A stretch of 64,000 nt of DNA from Flavobacteriales bacterium (lineage in GTDB: Bacteria > Bacteroidota > Bacteroidia > NS11-12g > UBA955). Below, piece after piece: positions 20,151 through 30,225 of the stretch. Below the pieces are notes generated by a model. The model made no database searches, was not told where the DNA came from, and worked only from the letters and a program-made list of their open reading frames with translations. Every line of letters begins with the position of its first letter. The stretch's first letter is position 1. The DNA lies in the NCBI GenBank assembly GCA_947487055.1, contig CANKVN010000003.1:5222-69221 (forward strand). Direction: 5' to 3'. The translations under genes and the position numbers were made by a program.

Positions 20151-21161
20151 ATGAGTACCGTAAAAGTTGCCATCAATGGCTTTGGCCGCATAGGCCGGTT
20201 GGTGTTCCGCGAGATCTATAACATGGAGGGCATAGACATTGTTGCAATCAACGACCTCACCAGCCCCCAAGTGCTGGCGCATTTGTTGAAATACGACAGT
20301 GCACAAGGCCGCTTCAATGCTACCGTATCGCACACCGAAAACAGCATTATCGTGAATGGCGATGAGGTGAAAATTTATGCCCAAAAAGATCCGGCACAAA
20401 TTCCATGGGGTGCACACAACGTAGATGTGGTTATTGAAAGCACAGGTTTCTTTGCAGACAAAGAAAAGGCACAAGCGCACATCACCGCTGGTGCAAAGCG
20501 TGTGGTTATTTCTGCACCTGCAACCGGCGATTTGAAAACGGTTGTTTACAATGTGAACCACCACATCCTCGATGGCTCTGAAACCATCATCAGCGGCGCA
20601 AGCTGCACCACCAACTGCCTTGCGCCCATGGCCAAGGTATTGAATGATAATTACACCATTTTGGCCGGTAGCATGACCACCATTCACGCTTACACCAACG
20701 ACCAAAACACCTTAGACGCTCCGCACCCAAAAGGAGATTTGCGCCGTGCAAGGGCTGCCGCACAAAACATTGTTCCCAACAGCACCGGTGCCGCCAAAGC
20801 CATTGGCCTGGTATTGCCAGAGCTTGCAGGCAAGCTGGATGGTGGCGCACAGCGTGTTCCCACCATTACCGGTTCTGTAACTGAACTTACGGTAATTTGT
20901 GCCAAGAAAACCACAGCTGCTGAAATCAATGCTGCCATGAAAGCCGCCGCCGACGAAAGCTTCGGCTATACCGAAGAAGAACTGGTGAGCACCGATATCA
21001 TCGGAATTTCATTCGGTTCGTTGTTCGATGCCACCCAAACCAAGGTGGTTACCGTTGGCGACAGCCAGTTGATTAAGGCGGTAAGCTGGTACGACAATGA
21101 AATGAGTTATGTGAGCCAGCTGGTGCGCACGGTAAAGCATTTTGCCGGTTTGATTTCATAA
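20151..21161 (+). CDS. gap: type I glyceraldehyde-3-phosphate dehydrogenase
   Basis: N-terminus [16 protein letters not shown] and active site [12 protein letters not shown]. The upstream part of the track ORF (19974-20150) overlaps the TonB receptor and is not Gap-like. Confidence 0.95.
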   Translation: MSTVKVAINGFGRIGRLVFREIYNMEGIDIVAINDLTSPQVLAHLLKYDSAQGRFNATVSHTENSIIVNGDEVKIYAQKDPAQIPWGAHNVDVVIESTGFFADKEKAQAHITAGAKRVVISAPATGDLKTVVYNVNHHILDGSETIISGASCTTNCLAPMAKVLNDNYTILAGSMTTIHAYTNDQNTLDAPHPKGDLRRARAAAQNIVPNSTGAAKAIGLVLPELAGKLDGGAQRVPTITGSVTELTVICAKKTTAAEINAAMKAAADESFGYTEEELVSTDIIGISFGSLFDATQTKVVTVGDSQLIKAVSWYDNEMSYVSQLVRTVKHFAGLIS

Positions 21162-21180
21162 AAACCAATAAAACTTTTTA

Positions 21181-21207
21181 AAAACCCCGGATTTCCGGGG
21201 TTTTTTT
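21181..21207 (+). terminator. Rho-independent terminator after gap
   Basis: aaaaccccgg-attt-ccggggtttt hairpin followed by a T7 run. Confidence 0.85.
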
Positions 21208-21232
21208 ATGGAATAAAACGCAAATTTGAAGA

Positions 21233-21481
21233 TTGATGGACATCCCAACATTCCAGACAATACCTCCTGGTAAATACCGCCACTACAAGGGTAAAGAATA
21301 CGAAGTGCTCGGCATGGCTCTGCACAGCGAAACCCTGGAGAGCCTGGTGGTTTACAAGCCGCTCTATGAAACCCCGGATGTTCCTTCGGGAACGCTTTGG
21401 GTGCGCCCCTCAGGCATGTTTCTGGAGATGGTGGAAACAGAACACGGACCCGTGCAGCGCTTTGCGCCAATTACGCAGTAA
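21233..21481 (+). CDS. DUF1653 domain-containing protein
   Basis: GKYRHYKGKEYEVLGMALHSETLESLVVYKPLY is the DUF1653 core. Confidence 0.75.
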   Translation: MMDIPTFQTIPPGKYRHYKGKEYEVLGMALHSETLESLVVYKPLYETPDVPSGTLWVRPSGMFLEMVETEHGPVQRFAPITQ

Positions 21482-21508
21482 GTGTGAAATTCTTCGCTAC
21501 CTAGATAA

Positions 21509-24500
21509 TTATTGCCCTGCAGTTTTTACCCAAACAGTGCTTGCATTACCGCGGGCAAATTTCAGGTGAATCAGGTACATGCCCGGCGCCAGGCCGGAAG
21601 TGTTATAGCTGTTGCTGTCTATCCGAACAGGAAAAGCTTGTTTACCCGCCAAATCAGTGAATGTTGCTGATAAAACCGGTTCAGAAGCAGAAATGCGCAT
21701 ACTACCCATGCCCGGATTGGGATATACCGCAAACCGCAGGTTGGGAATGTTGCTCACCGCATTATATACCACCCTGAAATTTCCTTTTAACGTATCGTTC
21801 TCTGGGAATAAATCGGTGTAGCGCTCCAGGGTTGCTTCGATGCGAAACGCACCGGCAATAATAAAAGGAAACAACCTGCTGCTGCTGGCAATGCCACCTG
21901 CACCAGGAACAATGGCGCTGTAACTTCCCGTATCAACAAACAGGGACGTACCACTGATGCTGTCCAGCACCCTGAAAATGGCCTTGCCGGAAAACGGGGT
22001 GGTGTCTTCGCCAATTTGTTTTAAAGAGGCCCTCAGGTAGGCATTTCCAAAGGTGTTTACCAGCCATTGCCCATTTTGTGGCGTTTCAAAGCGGTTCCAC
22101 GCCATATCGTGCCTTCGGTATCCATAAATGACAGTCCGCAGGGTATCGTTGAGCGCGTTTTGGTCCTGAACGCTGTAGACCCGAATCCGCAACTCATATT
22201 TTCCGGAATCCAGCAGTTGCAACCCGTCAAAACGGATGGTTTTTTCCACCTGTGGTAAATTCAGGGTGTCGTTTCGGAATGCCAGGTAAACCAGTTCTTT
22301 TTTAGGATTGAATACTTCGACAAAGGTTTTCACCGCGCCAATGGCCTGTTTTCCCTGAGAGGCAATATTCGCGGTTACTGAAAATATAGATTCCATGGCA
22401 GCAAAGCGGCTGCCTGTATTTGGTGAGTCTATCAAGGTAACGGCAGCATCTTTGCCAATCGCTACATAAAAACTGCTCCAGGCGCTGTCGTTTTTGCGGT
22501 TTACGTCTGAAACATAGTTGGTATAGGCCAGCACCTTATAAACGCCGGCATTGATGGGGTTGAAGGTTTTAAGCATGTCGAATGCCAATACCTGTCCGGT
22601 ATCCAGAGTGGTGCTTTTGATGTCCTGGTAAACCCTTGTTTTACCATACCAGATTTGGCATATAAACGGCACCAGTTCGGTGGTTTTGATAAAGCCCTGG
22701 TTTGCAATGCGGATGTTTGGCGCATAAGGTCCGCCGCCAATGCTTAAGGTGTCTTTGGTTACAGGATAATTTACCGATAAGGTGGTGTAGTCGTAAGGCA
22801 TGCCTACGAAAAAATCGCGGACCATGCTGTCGTTGCTGCGCACATAATCTGCTGGATGGTAAACCTTGAATACCGCACGATACAAGCCTTTTTTAGTTGG
22901 TGTGAAGCTTTTTGGCATACTAACCACATAGCCGTCTTTTCCGGCCAGCGGATAAGTGAATGTATCCGTATAAACCTTTGGGCTATAGGCAGAGCTGATG
23001 CGCACTGATAAACGCGCAGCACCGATATTCAGCAAACCATCGTTGTATACCCGGGGCATCAATGCAATGGGTTTTCCGGGAGCATAAAAGAAGTTTTTTG
23101 CCGGAGAAGCAATGCTGTCTATGCCCAAATCATAGGATTTGATTACAAAAATAGAAATCTTCTGTGTATCGTTGGAGCGTTGTTTGTCACCAACCATTTC
23201 AGTGGTAAACACTACCTGCAACCTCCCGGTATCGGTGCATTTGTAGGTTGGCCAGGCCAGAATGCTGCTTTGGAATTTTGGAAGCGACAACGTTTTGGTT
23301 TGGTTATAAACTACGGTGCTTCCTTTCAGGATACGGCACCTTGCTGTGAACGAAATCGTATTGTCATATCCCGGATTTAATACCGTGGCAACCGGCATCA
23401 GGGTATCACGCTGATACTCGTAAATCGCATTGCTGTAGGGGTCAAACACCGATGACACCATAACATCTTTTTTCACGCCCACAAAGAATAGCCGTTTAAC
23501 CGTATCGTTATCGTTGATATTATCTCCTGTTTTGGAAACAATAATCCGGAGTTCATGTTCACCATAATTGGTGGGATAGAATTTTTTTGGGAAGCTATAA
23601 GTCCTGCGCAGTCCGGAAGTCATGGTGTCTTTCCTGGTTGCGCTGTAAACCTTTTTCCCGAAAACCAGTATTTCGCAAGTCACCAAAAAACTATCCTTAA
23701 GGCTTTTTGCACCAATATTGGCAATGGTTCCTTGGGGTGCCATGGTATCCATGGTAAAGCGGTCTATGGAATCTTTTGGAAAATCGGCAGAAACGGCCAG
23801 CAGGTCCGTGTCGCCCTGCAAGCGGGGCTCAATGATGAATTTATAAGGGGCATCAGGGGCAAAATCCACCCAATTGGTGTCGCCTGTGGGTGTTGCGTAA
23901 AAGAAAGTATTTGGCCGCACAGGGCTTTCGTCCTGGTAGCCGAAGGCCACATTGATGGTACCCGTTTGTTTCACACCCACATAGAAGGTTCCGTTTACTG
24001 ACACTGGCTTGGCCAGATCCAGTATATAATTGCCAGCTAAAGTGTTTAAGCTAGGGCTTTGGTACAGGAGTTTTCCTGGGCGGCCTTTACGGCCACTGTT
24101 GTCCCATATACCCACGCTGAAAGACCGTCCTGCTGCAGCAAAAGCCACGGTTACCTGGTTGATTGCCTTGCTTTTACCAGAATAAAAACGTGCCACGAAA
24201 TCACCTGACGCGCCGTTAAAACCAATGCCACCCGGTGCCGGAGGCAGTGTTACATCGCGGTAGCTGTATATGTTTTCGTTGTTAAACCGATAGCTGCGCG
24301 CTGTGTTGTTGCTGTTGTTTTTATCCTGTACATCTGCAAATGCGGTGTCCAGGCCTTTTTTTGATGGGTTTAGGCTGGGCATATTGATGAAGGCCATTTT
24401 GCCTTTCTGCAGGCTAAACGAGGTGCTATCCAATCCTGTATTTACGCCTTTAAGCCGGCTAAAAGCCTTGGTCGTGCTCAGGTCTTTTTTTCCCACGTTG

Positions 24501-25249
24501 CGCACCAGCAGCTTTACGCTGTCGGGGTTGCCCAAGGGAACGGGTAATTTACCCAGGGTATAAAACTTAACTGCTGCAGCGTCAAAGTCAATGCGGGGAT
24601 AGTTAAACACCACTGTAGGGTGGTATTCGGAAGTTGTCGCAAGGCTGTCTATCAATACTGCACCGGTGAAGCTTTTGGTTTGGTTTGCCGAATAACCGGG
24701 AACAGTGGCACTGCTTTCAAAATACCAGTTTACCACGCCCGGTTGGGTAACGGTTTGTTTAAACTCGATGAGCACAATCAGGTTGTCGCCCTTGGTGGTG
24801 TCGAATGCATATTTCTGCAGGGAAAATGGAAAAAGATGAAAACCTTCTGAGCCGCCCAGATCATTTGCCGGCGTGGTGTTGTATACGTTTACCGCGGAGC
24901 CGGTTTCGCTGGAAAAGGAGATTTTACCGGCCCCAAAATCGGTTTTTGAGGTGTTTTTAAGCCAGATGCTGAATTGTGTTGCTGAACCGAGCTGAACACC
25001 CGCGCTGCGCATAAATTCAATGCTTTCCAGCGTATCGCCATGCTTCATATTTCCCAAAACCGATCTGGGAAAAATGTAGGCAAACCTGCACCCATAGTTG
25101 CTGCTTGTTGTGGACGACGCCATGGGCCCCGCCAGGGTTCCCAGAAAATAGCCCTCGCCAATTTGTATATATTGCGCCAGCGCAGGAGATGCCAGCAGTC
25201 CGAATATTAGGGTAAAAAATAGCCTCACATAACAAATGTAATCAATCAC
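21509..25249 (-). CDS. large T9SS-secreted surface protein with tandem CARDB-like repeats (1246 aa)
   Basis: It has a signal peptide ending ALAQ. A C-terminal T9SS sorting domain is present (FAVYPNPGMGSMRI...GMYLIHLKFARGNASTVWVK). Repeat-ending motifs NDNDT, SNDT, SNDS, KNDS, LNDT and ENDT fall at aa 580, 692, 805, 919, 1033 and 1150. Confidence 0.8.
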   Translation of the reverse strand: MIDYICYVRLFFTLIFGLLASPALAQYIQIGEGYFLGTLAGPMASSTTSSNYGCRFAYIFPRSVLGNMKHGDTLESIEFMRSAGVQLGSATQFSIWLKNTSKTDFGAGKISFSSETGSAVNVYNTTPANDLGGSEGFHLFPFSLQKYAFDTTKGDNLIVLIEFKQTVTQPGVVNWYFESSATVPGYSANQTKSFTGAVLIDSLATTSEYHPTVVFNYPRIDFDAAAVKFYTLGKLPVPLGNPDSVKLLVRNVGKKDLSTTKAFSRLKGVNTGLDSTSFSLQKGKMAFINMPSLNPSKKGLDTAFADVQDKNNSNNTARSYRFNNENIYSYRDVTLPPAPGGIGFNGASGDFVARFYSGKSKAINQVTVAFAAAGRSFSVGIWDNSGRKGRPGKLLYQSPSLNTLAGNYILDLAKPVSVNGTFYVGVKQTGTINVAFGYQDESPVRPNTFFYATPTGDTNWVDFAPDAPYKFIIEPRLQGDTDLLAVSADFPKDSIDRFTMDTMAPQGTIANIGAKSLKDSFLVTCEILVFGKKVYSATRKDTMTSGLRRTYSFPKKFYPTNYGEHELRIIVSKTGDNINDNDTVKRLFFVGVKKDVMVSSVFDPYSNAIYEYQRDTLMPVATVLNPGYDNTISFTARCRILKGSTVVYNQTKTLSLPKFQSSILAWPTYKCTDTGRLQVVFTTEMVGDKQRSNDTQKISIFVIKSYDLGIDSIASPAKNFFYAPGKPIALMPRVYNDGLLNIGAARLSVRISSAYSPKVYTDTFTYPLAGKDGYVVSMPKSFTPTKKGLYRAVFKVYHPADYVRSNDSMVRDFFVGMPYDYTTLSVNYPVTKDTLSIGGGPYAPNIRIANQGFIKTTELVPFICQIWYGKTRVYQDIKSTTLDTGQVLAFDMLKTFNPINAGVYKVLAYTNYVSDVNRKNDSAWSSFYVAIGKDAAVTLIDSPNTGSRFAAMESIFSVTANIASQGKQAIGAVKTFVEVFNPKKELVYLAFRNDTLNLPQVEKTIRFDGLQLLDSGKYELRIRVYSVQDQNALNDTLRTVIYGYRRHDMAWNRFETPQNGQWLVNTFGNAYLRASLKQIGEDTTPFSGKAIFRVLDSISGTSLFVDTGSYSAIVPGAGGIASSSRLFPFIIAGAFRIEATLERYTDLFPENDTLKGNFRVVYNAVSNIPNLRFAVYPNPGMGSMRISASEPVLSATFTDLAGKQAFPVRIDSNSYNTSGLAPGMYLIHLKFARGNASTVWVKTAGQ

Positions 25250-25342
25250 AGGGAAATTTGATTACGCATGTGGTTTTTATGGAACAATACTGACAAATCA
25301 CCACGTGGATTGTTGAATTAAAATCATGCGTAACTTCGCCCC

Positions 25343-26158
25343 GTGACACGCGAAGAACTGGTTTATCAAATCTTATCCAAGCAAAGCTATTTGTGCACAG
25401 GCTTGGACACCGAAATAGGGAAACTGCCCGGCCATTTGCCCAAAAACGGCGATGCCATGGTGGAGTTTAACAGGCAAATCATCAATGCAACACTGCCTTC
25501 CAGTGTTGCCTACAAGATCAACACTGCCTTTTATGAACAATATGGTGCCGAAGGCTGGGACTGGATGGCGCAAACCCTGGATTACCTTCCGAAATCCGTG
25601 TTCCGCATAGCTGATGCCAAAAGGGGCGATATTGGAAACACCAGCACCATGTACGCCAGGGCGTTTTTCGAAACACTGAATTTTGATGCTGTTACCGTGG
25701 CACCTTACATGGGTGAGGACAGTTTGAGACCGTTTTTGGAATTCAAAAACAAATGGATTATTTGCCTTGCACTAACCAGCAATCCGGGCCATGCCGATTT
25801 TCAGGTGCTGGAATACGAAGGACAAAAACTATATGAACGTGTAATTGAAACCGTTTGCAAATGGGGTAATCCCGATAACCTGATGTTTGTGGTGGGAGCT
25901 ACCCGCGCCGAACATGTGGCAGCCATTCGCAGACAGATTCCGGAACATTTTCTGCTTGTTCCCGGAGTGGGCGCGCAAGGAGGAAGCCTCACCGATATCA
26001 GCCGTGCAGGGCTAAATGCCGATGCAGGATTGCTTATCAACAGTTCAAGGGGTATTTTGTACGCTTCTTCCGGTGAGGATTATGCCGAAGCGGCTGCAGG
26101 CGAAGCACATAAGCTGCAGCAGGAGATGGCCACACATTTAGCACAATTAAAGCACTGA
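25343..26158 (+). CDS. pyrF: orotidine-5'-phosphate decarboxylase (type 2)
   Basis: GTG start. The motifs LCTGLD, DAKRGDIGNT and PGVGAQGG are typical of long-form PyrF. Confidence 0.9.
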   Translation: MTREELVYQILSKQSYLCTGLDTEIGKLPGHLPKNGDAMVEFNRQIINATLPSSVAYKINTAFYEQYGAEGWDWMAQTLDYLPKSVFRIADAKRGDIGNTSTMYARAFFETLNFDAVTVAPYMGEDSLRPFLEFKNKWIICLALTSNPGHADFQVLEYEGQKLYERVIETVCKWGNPDNLMFVVGATRAEHVAAIRRQIPEHFLLVPGVGAQGGSLTDISRAGLNADAGLLINSSRGILYASSGEDYAEAAAGEAHKLQQEMATHLAQLKH

Positions 26159-26159
26159 T

Positions 26160-27101
26160 ATGGAAAACCCGATTACCCGGCTTTTGGGCATTGAATATCC
26201 CATCATACAGGGCGGCATGATATGGTGCAGCGGCTGGGAACTCGCAGCAGCGGTGAGCAATGCCGGCGGGCTTGGCCTGATTGGCAGCGGAAGCATGTAT
26301 CCTGCCGTGTTGCGCGAACATATTCAAAAATGCAAGCAGGCAACCCATAAACCTTTTGGAGTGAATGTGCCATTGCTTTACCCAAATATAGAAGAACACA
26401 TGAACATCATTGCTGAAGAAGGGGTAAAAATTGTGTTCACCAGTGCCGGCAATCCAGCTACCTGGACCGCTTGGCTTAAAGAGCGCGGTATTGCCGTGGT
26501 GCATGTGGTGTCCAACACCAAATTTGCCCAGAAATGCGAAGCTGTTGGTGTAGACGCCATTGTGGCGGAAGGTTTTGAAGCCGGTGGCCACAATGGCCGC
26601 GAAGAAACCACCACCATGTGCCTTATCCCGATGGTGCGCGAGGCTTGTAAACTACCACTGATTGCCGCCGGAGGCGTTGGTTCCGGAAAGGCCATGGCAG
26701 CAGCATTCTGCCTGGGTGCCGACGCTGTGCAGGTGGGAAGTCGTTTTGCGGCGACTGCCGAAAGCTCGGCCCACCACGCGTTTAAGCAAGCCATTGTGCA
26801 GGCCGGCGATGGCGACACCCAATTGACCTTGAAAGAGCTCACCCCAGTTCGTTTGCTTAAAAATAAGTTTTACCGCGATGTAATGGAAGCCTACAACAAA
26901 GATGCTTCGGCCGATGAACTGGCTGCCTTGCTGGGGCGCGGAAGGGCCAAAAAAGGCATGTTTGAGGGCGATATGGATGAGGGAGAACTGGAAATAGGAC
27001 AGGTGAGCGCAACCATTCACAATATCAAGCAGGCGGGCGATGTGGTGCACGAAATGTTGGAGGAATACAGACAAACCCTTGCAGGCCTGAAGCCATTGTA
27101 A
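26160..27101 (+). CDS. NAD(P)H-dependent flavin oxidoreductase (nitronate monooxygenase / FabK-like)
   Basis: N-terminus LLGIEYPIIQGGMIWCSGWELAAAVSNAGGLGLIG, plus GFEAGGH and AAGGVGSG, all typical of the NMO/2-nitropropane dioxygenase family. Confidence 0.85.
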   Translation: MENPITRLLGIEYPIIQGGMIWCSGWELAAAVSNAGGLGLIGSGSMYPAVLREHIQKCKQATHKPFGVNVPLLYPNIEEHMNIIAEEGVKIVFTSAGNPATWTAWLKERGIAVVHVVSNTKFAQKCEAVGVDAIVAEGFEAGGHNGREETTTMCLIPMVREACKLPLIAAGGVGSGKAMAAAFCLGADAVQVGSRFAATAESSAHHAFKQAIVQAGDGDTQLTLKELTPVRLLKNKFYRDVMEAYNKDASADELAALLGRGRAKKGMFEGDMDEGELEIGQVSATIHNIKQAGDVVHEMLEEYRQTLAGLKPL

Positions 27102-27125
27102 GCCATTTTCACTATTTTCGCAGAC

Positions 27126-28424
27126 ATGCAGTGGATTTCTCAAATCCTTTTTGCCCTTTGTTTGGGCACCGGAATATGGTTTTTCACCGGCCGGGTTAGG
27201 TTTATACGCCGAAACATCTTGCTGGGCCGTGATGTAGACTTGTCTGATAATCCTGCTGCCCGCTGGAAACAAATGCTGTGGGTAGCCATGGGGCAGAGCA
27301 AAATGGCCACAAGGCCTGTAGCGGCTGTGTTTCACCTCTTTGTTTACCTGGGTTTTGTACTCATCAACATCGAGGTGATGGAAATCCTCATTGATGGGAT
27401 TTTGGGCACACACAGAATTTTTTCTTTCATGGGAAACATTTACAACCTGGCCATAGGATTCTTTGAAATCCTTGCACTGCTTGTGATTATAGCCTGCGTG
27501 GTGTTTTTGGCTCGAAGGTTTCTGGTAAAGGTACCCCGCTTAAATTCCAGCGATTTAAAAGGGTGGCCGCTAAAAGATGCAACCATCATCCTGCTGGTGG
27601 AAATTGTGCTCATGGCAGCCTTGCTATACATGAATGCAGCCGATCAAATCCTGCAATCCCGCGGAGCAGCGCATTATACTGTTGGCGCAGGCAGTTGTCC
27701 GGTCAGCCAGTATTTGGTTCCTTTATGCGATGTTTGTAGCACAGGATTTATGATATTCGCCGAAAGGGCCGCCTGGTGGTTTCATTTTATCGGAATTTTA
27801 TTGTTCCTTAATTATGTGCCTTACAGCAAACACTGGCACATTATCATGAGCTTCCCCAATGTTTATTATACCCCACTGAAGCCAAAAGGTGCGTTTGCCA
27901 ACATGGAAAGCGTAACCACCGAGGTTAAGCTGATGATGGATCCCACAGCTGCGCCACCCGAAGGCTACCAGCCACCAGCCGGTTTTGGAGCCCGTGATGT
28001 GCAGGATTTATCCTGGAAAAACCTAATGGAAGCCTACACTTGCACAGAGTGCGGTCGCTGCAGCAGCGTTTGTCCGGCAAACCTAACCGGCAAAAAGCTC
28101 AGTCCACGGAAAATCATGATGGATACCCGCGACCGGCTTGATGAGGTGGGTAAAAACATAGATTCAGCCACCGAAGACAACAAAGACCTTCACAGCTACA
28201 TCAGTGCGGAAGAGCTTTGGGCATGTACCACCTGCAACGCCTGTGCAGAGGCCTGCCCGATAAACATAAATCCGGTAGACATCATTGTTCAAATGCGCCA
28301 ATATTTGGTGATGGAAAAGAGCGCAGCTCCGGCTGAACTCAACAACATGTTTACCAATCTTGAAAACAACGGCGCGCCATGGCAAATGAGCCAGATGGAC
28401 AAAGCCAAATGGACCCAATCATAA
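27126..28424 (+). CDS. membrane-anchored (Fe-S)-binding oxidoreductase subunit
   Basis: N-terminal multi-TM region, then two ferredoxin-type Cys clusters: CTECGRCSSVCP and CTTCNACAEACP. Confidence 0.75.
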   Translation: MQWISQILFALCLGTGIWFFTGRVRFIRRNILLGRDVDLSDNPAARWKQMLWVAMGQSKMATRPVAAVFHLFVYLGFVLINIEVMEILIDGILGTHRIFSFMGNIYNLAIGFFEILALLVIIACVVFLARRFLVKVPRLNSSDLKGWPLKDATIILLVEIVLMAALLYMNAADQILQSRGAAHYTVGAGSCPVSQYLVPLCDVCSTGFMIFAERAAWWFHFIGILLFLNYVPYSKHWHIIMSFPNVYYTPLKPKGAFANMESVTTEVKLMMDPTAAPPEGYQPPAGFGARDVQDLSWKNLMEAYTCTECGRCSSVCPANLTGKKLSPRKIMMDTRDRLDEVGKNIDSATEDNKDLHSYISAEELWACTTCNACAEACPININPVDIIVQMRQYLVMEKSAAPAELNNMFTNLENNGAPWQMSQMDKAKWTQS

Positions 28425-28430
28425 AAACCC

Positions 28431-29009
28431 ATGGAGCAATACACCGCACACCCAACCGCTGTGATAGACGAAGGCTGCAACATCGGTGAAGGCACTAAAA
28501 TTTGGCATTTTTCACACATCATGCCCGGCTGCAGTATTGGTAAAAACTGCAACATAGGCCAGAACGTAGTTATCAGTCCCGAAGTGGTGCTGGGCAATAA
28601 TGTCAAAATCCAGAATAACGTCAGCATTTACTCAGGTGTTACCTGCGACGATGATGTATTTTTGGGGCCCAGTTGTGTTTTTACCAATGTGGTAAACCCT
28701 CGCAGCGCTGTAAACCGCAGGGGTAGCTATGCCAAAACACATGTGGGGAAAGGCGCCAGTATTGGGGCCAATGCCACCATCGTATGCGGCCACGATATTG
28801 GCAAATTTGCATTTATTGGGGCAGGAGCAGTGGTTACTAAAAATATCCCTGATTACGCTTTGGTGGTTGGCAATCCGGCGCGTCAAACGGGCTGGATGAG
28901 CGAATATGGACACAAACTGCAGTTTGATGCAACAGGCAATGCGGTTTGCCCGGAAAGCGCCCAAACCTATCATCTTGAAAAAGGGGTTGTAACACGCACC
29001 GACGCATGA
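28431..29009 (+). CDS. hexapeptide-repeat (left-handed beta-helix) N-acyltransferase, WbpD-like
   Basis: Continuous hexapeptide periodicity (IDEGCNIGEGTKIWHFSHIMPGCSIGKNCNIGQNVVISPEVVLGNNVKIQNNVSIYSG). It lies next to galE. Confidence 0.75.
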   Translation: MEQYTAHPTAVIDEGCNIGEGTKIWHFSHIMPGCSIGKNCNIGQNVVISPEVVLGNNVKIQNNVSIYSGVTCDDDVFLGPSCVFTNVVNPRSAVNRRGSYAKTHVGKGASIGANATIVCGHDIGKFAFIGAGAVVTKNIPDYALVVGNPARQTGWMSEYGHKLQFDATGNAVCPESAQTYHLEKGVVTRTDA

Positions 29010-30010
29010 AGAATATCCTGGTAACCGGCGGCCTGGGTTTTATCGGTTCCCATACCGTGCTCAGCTTGCACGAAGCCGGTTTTAACCCCATCATCCTTGA
29101 TAACCTGAGCAACACAAATATTGGTGTGCTGGATGGTCTGGAAAAGCTCATGGGCAAGCGTCCTGTGTTTTTTCTGGGCGATGTTAATGATCCGGCCGTT
29201 TATGGGGAAATTGTATCCAAAACAGGATCAATTGCTGCGGTTATTCATTTTGCAGCATTCAAGGCTGTTGGCGAAAGTGTTCAACAGCCGCTTAAGTACT
29301 ATAGGAACAATGTGGGTGGCCTTATTAGCCTGCTGGAAGCCATGAAAAAAGAGGGCATTGCCAATGTTGTATTCAGCAGCAGCTGCACGGTGTACGGAGA
29401 GCCCGATGCTGTTCCTGTCAGCGAATCATCACCGGTGAAGCCGGCAGCGTCTCCCTATGGCGCTACCAAGCAAATGGGTGAAACCATTTTGCAGGATTGT
29501 GCGGATATTCACACGCAGTGCCTTCGGTACTTCAATCCCATTGGTGCGCATCCAAGCGGCCTTATTGGAGAATTGCCCCTGGGTGTTCCCAGCAACCTTA
29601 TTCCTTATTTAACCCAATCGGTCGCCGGATTGCGTCCGCCATTAACCGTTCATGGTGGCGATTATCCAACCCCGGACGGCACCTGTATTCGGGATTATAT
29701 CCATGTTTGCGATTTGGCAGAAGCCCATCTTGCAGCGCTTAACCGCTTGCTTGACGGTTCGCAGAATGGGCGTTTCGAAGTTTTCAATATCGGAACCGGA
29801 CATGGAAATTCTGTGCTGGAGGTGTTGCAAGCCTTTCAGGCAGTGACGGGCATGGTGCCTGCTTACGAGATTGGACCGCGCAGGGCAGGCGATGTGGTGG
29901 CTGTTTGGGCCGATGCCTCAAAAGCAACGAATCAATTAGGCTGGAAGGCTAAAAGAGGCTTGTCTGAAATGCTCCGAGATGCCTGGAACTGGCAGCAAAA
30001 ACAAGCCTAA
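29006..30010 (+). CDS. galE: UDP-glucose 4-epimerase
   Basis: ILVTGGLGFIGSH Rossmann motif and the catalytic Y-x3-K motif (SPYGATK) are present. 334 aa. The start overlaps the upstream stop (ATGA). Confidence 0.9.
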   Translation: MKNILVTGGLGFIGSHTVLSLHEAGFNPIILDNLSNTNIGVLDGLEKLMGKRPVFFLGDVNDPAVYGEIVSKTGSIAAVIHFAAFKAVGESVQQPLKYYRNNVGGLISLLEAMKKEGIANVVFSSSCTVYGEPDAVPVSESSPVKPAASPYGATKQMGETILQDCADIHTQCLRYFNPIGAHPSGLIGELPLGVPSNLIPYLTQSVAGLRPPLTVHGGDYPTPDGTCIRDYIHVCDLAEAHLAALNRLLDGSQNGRFEVFNIGTGHGNSVLEVLQAFQAVTGMVPAYEIGPRRAGDVVAVWADASKATNQLGWKAKRGLSEMLRDAWNWQQKQA

Positions 30011-30154
30011 AAACGTCCAGTATTTTAGAACAGTAAGCTGCGCGATTTGCACGGTTGTCAACATAATCCACATTTTCTTCCCGCAATAAAATGTTAAGAA
30101 CAGCCCAAAGGCATTGTTTTATAGGGATAGAGGGATGTTAACAAACCATATTTT

Positions 30155-30179
30155 TGTGGATTTTAAAACTTTTTCCACA
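30155..30179. promoter_or_regulatory. inverted repeat, candidate TetR operator
   Basis: TGTGGA (30155-30160) and TCCACA (30174-30179) are exact reverse complements separated by 13 AT-rich nt, about 30 nt upstream of the -7 box of the TetR gene. A third TCCACAT copy lies at 30067. Confidence 0.3.
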
Positions 30180-30208
30180 TTGTTATCAACAAAAAACATA
30201 CCGGTTGG

Positions 30209-30216
30209 TATATTTG
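30209..30216 (+). promoter_or_regulatory. Bacteroidota -7 promoter box (TAnnTTTG)
   Basis: Exact TATATTTG, 9 nt upstream of the TetR ATG at 30226. Confidence 0.45.
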
Positions 30217-30225
30217 CAGCCCCTT

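Noticed and set aside
19995-20705. 236-aa ORF on the minus strand
   Set aside because: It lies entirely antisense to the unambiguous gap gene, is Gly/Ala/Cys/His-rich and has no recognisable motifs. It is a typical shadow ORF of a GC-richer, highly expressed gene.
26652-27413. 253-aa ORF on the minus strand spanning a gene junction
   Set aside because: It overlaps two well-supported plus-strand genes (the NMO-type oxidoreductase and the Fe-S protein). Its composition is biased and it has no motifs.
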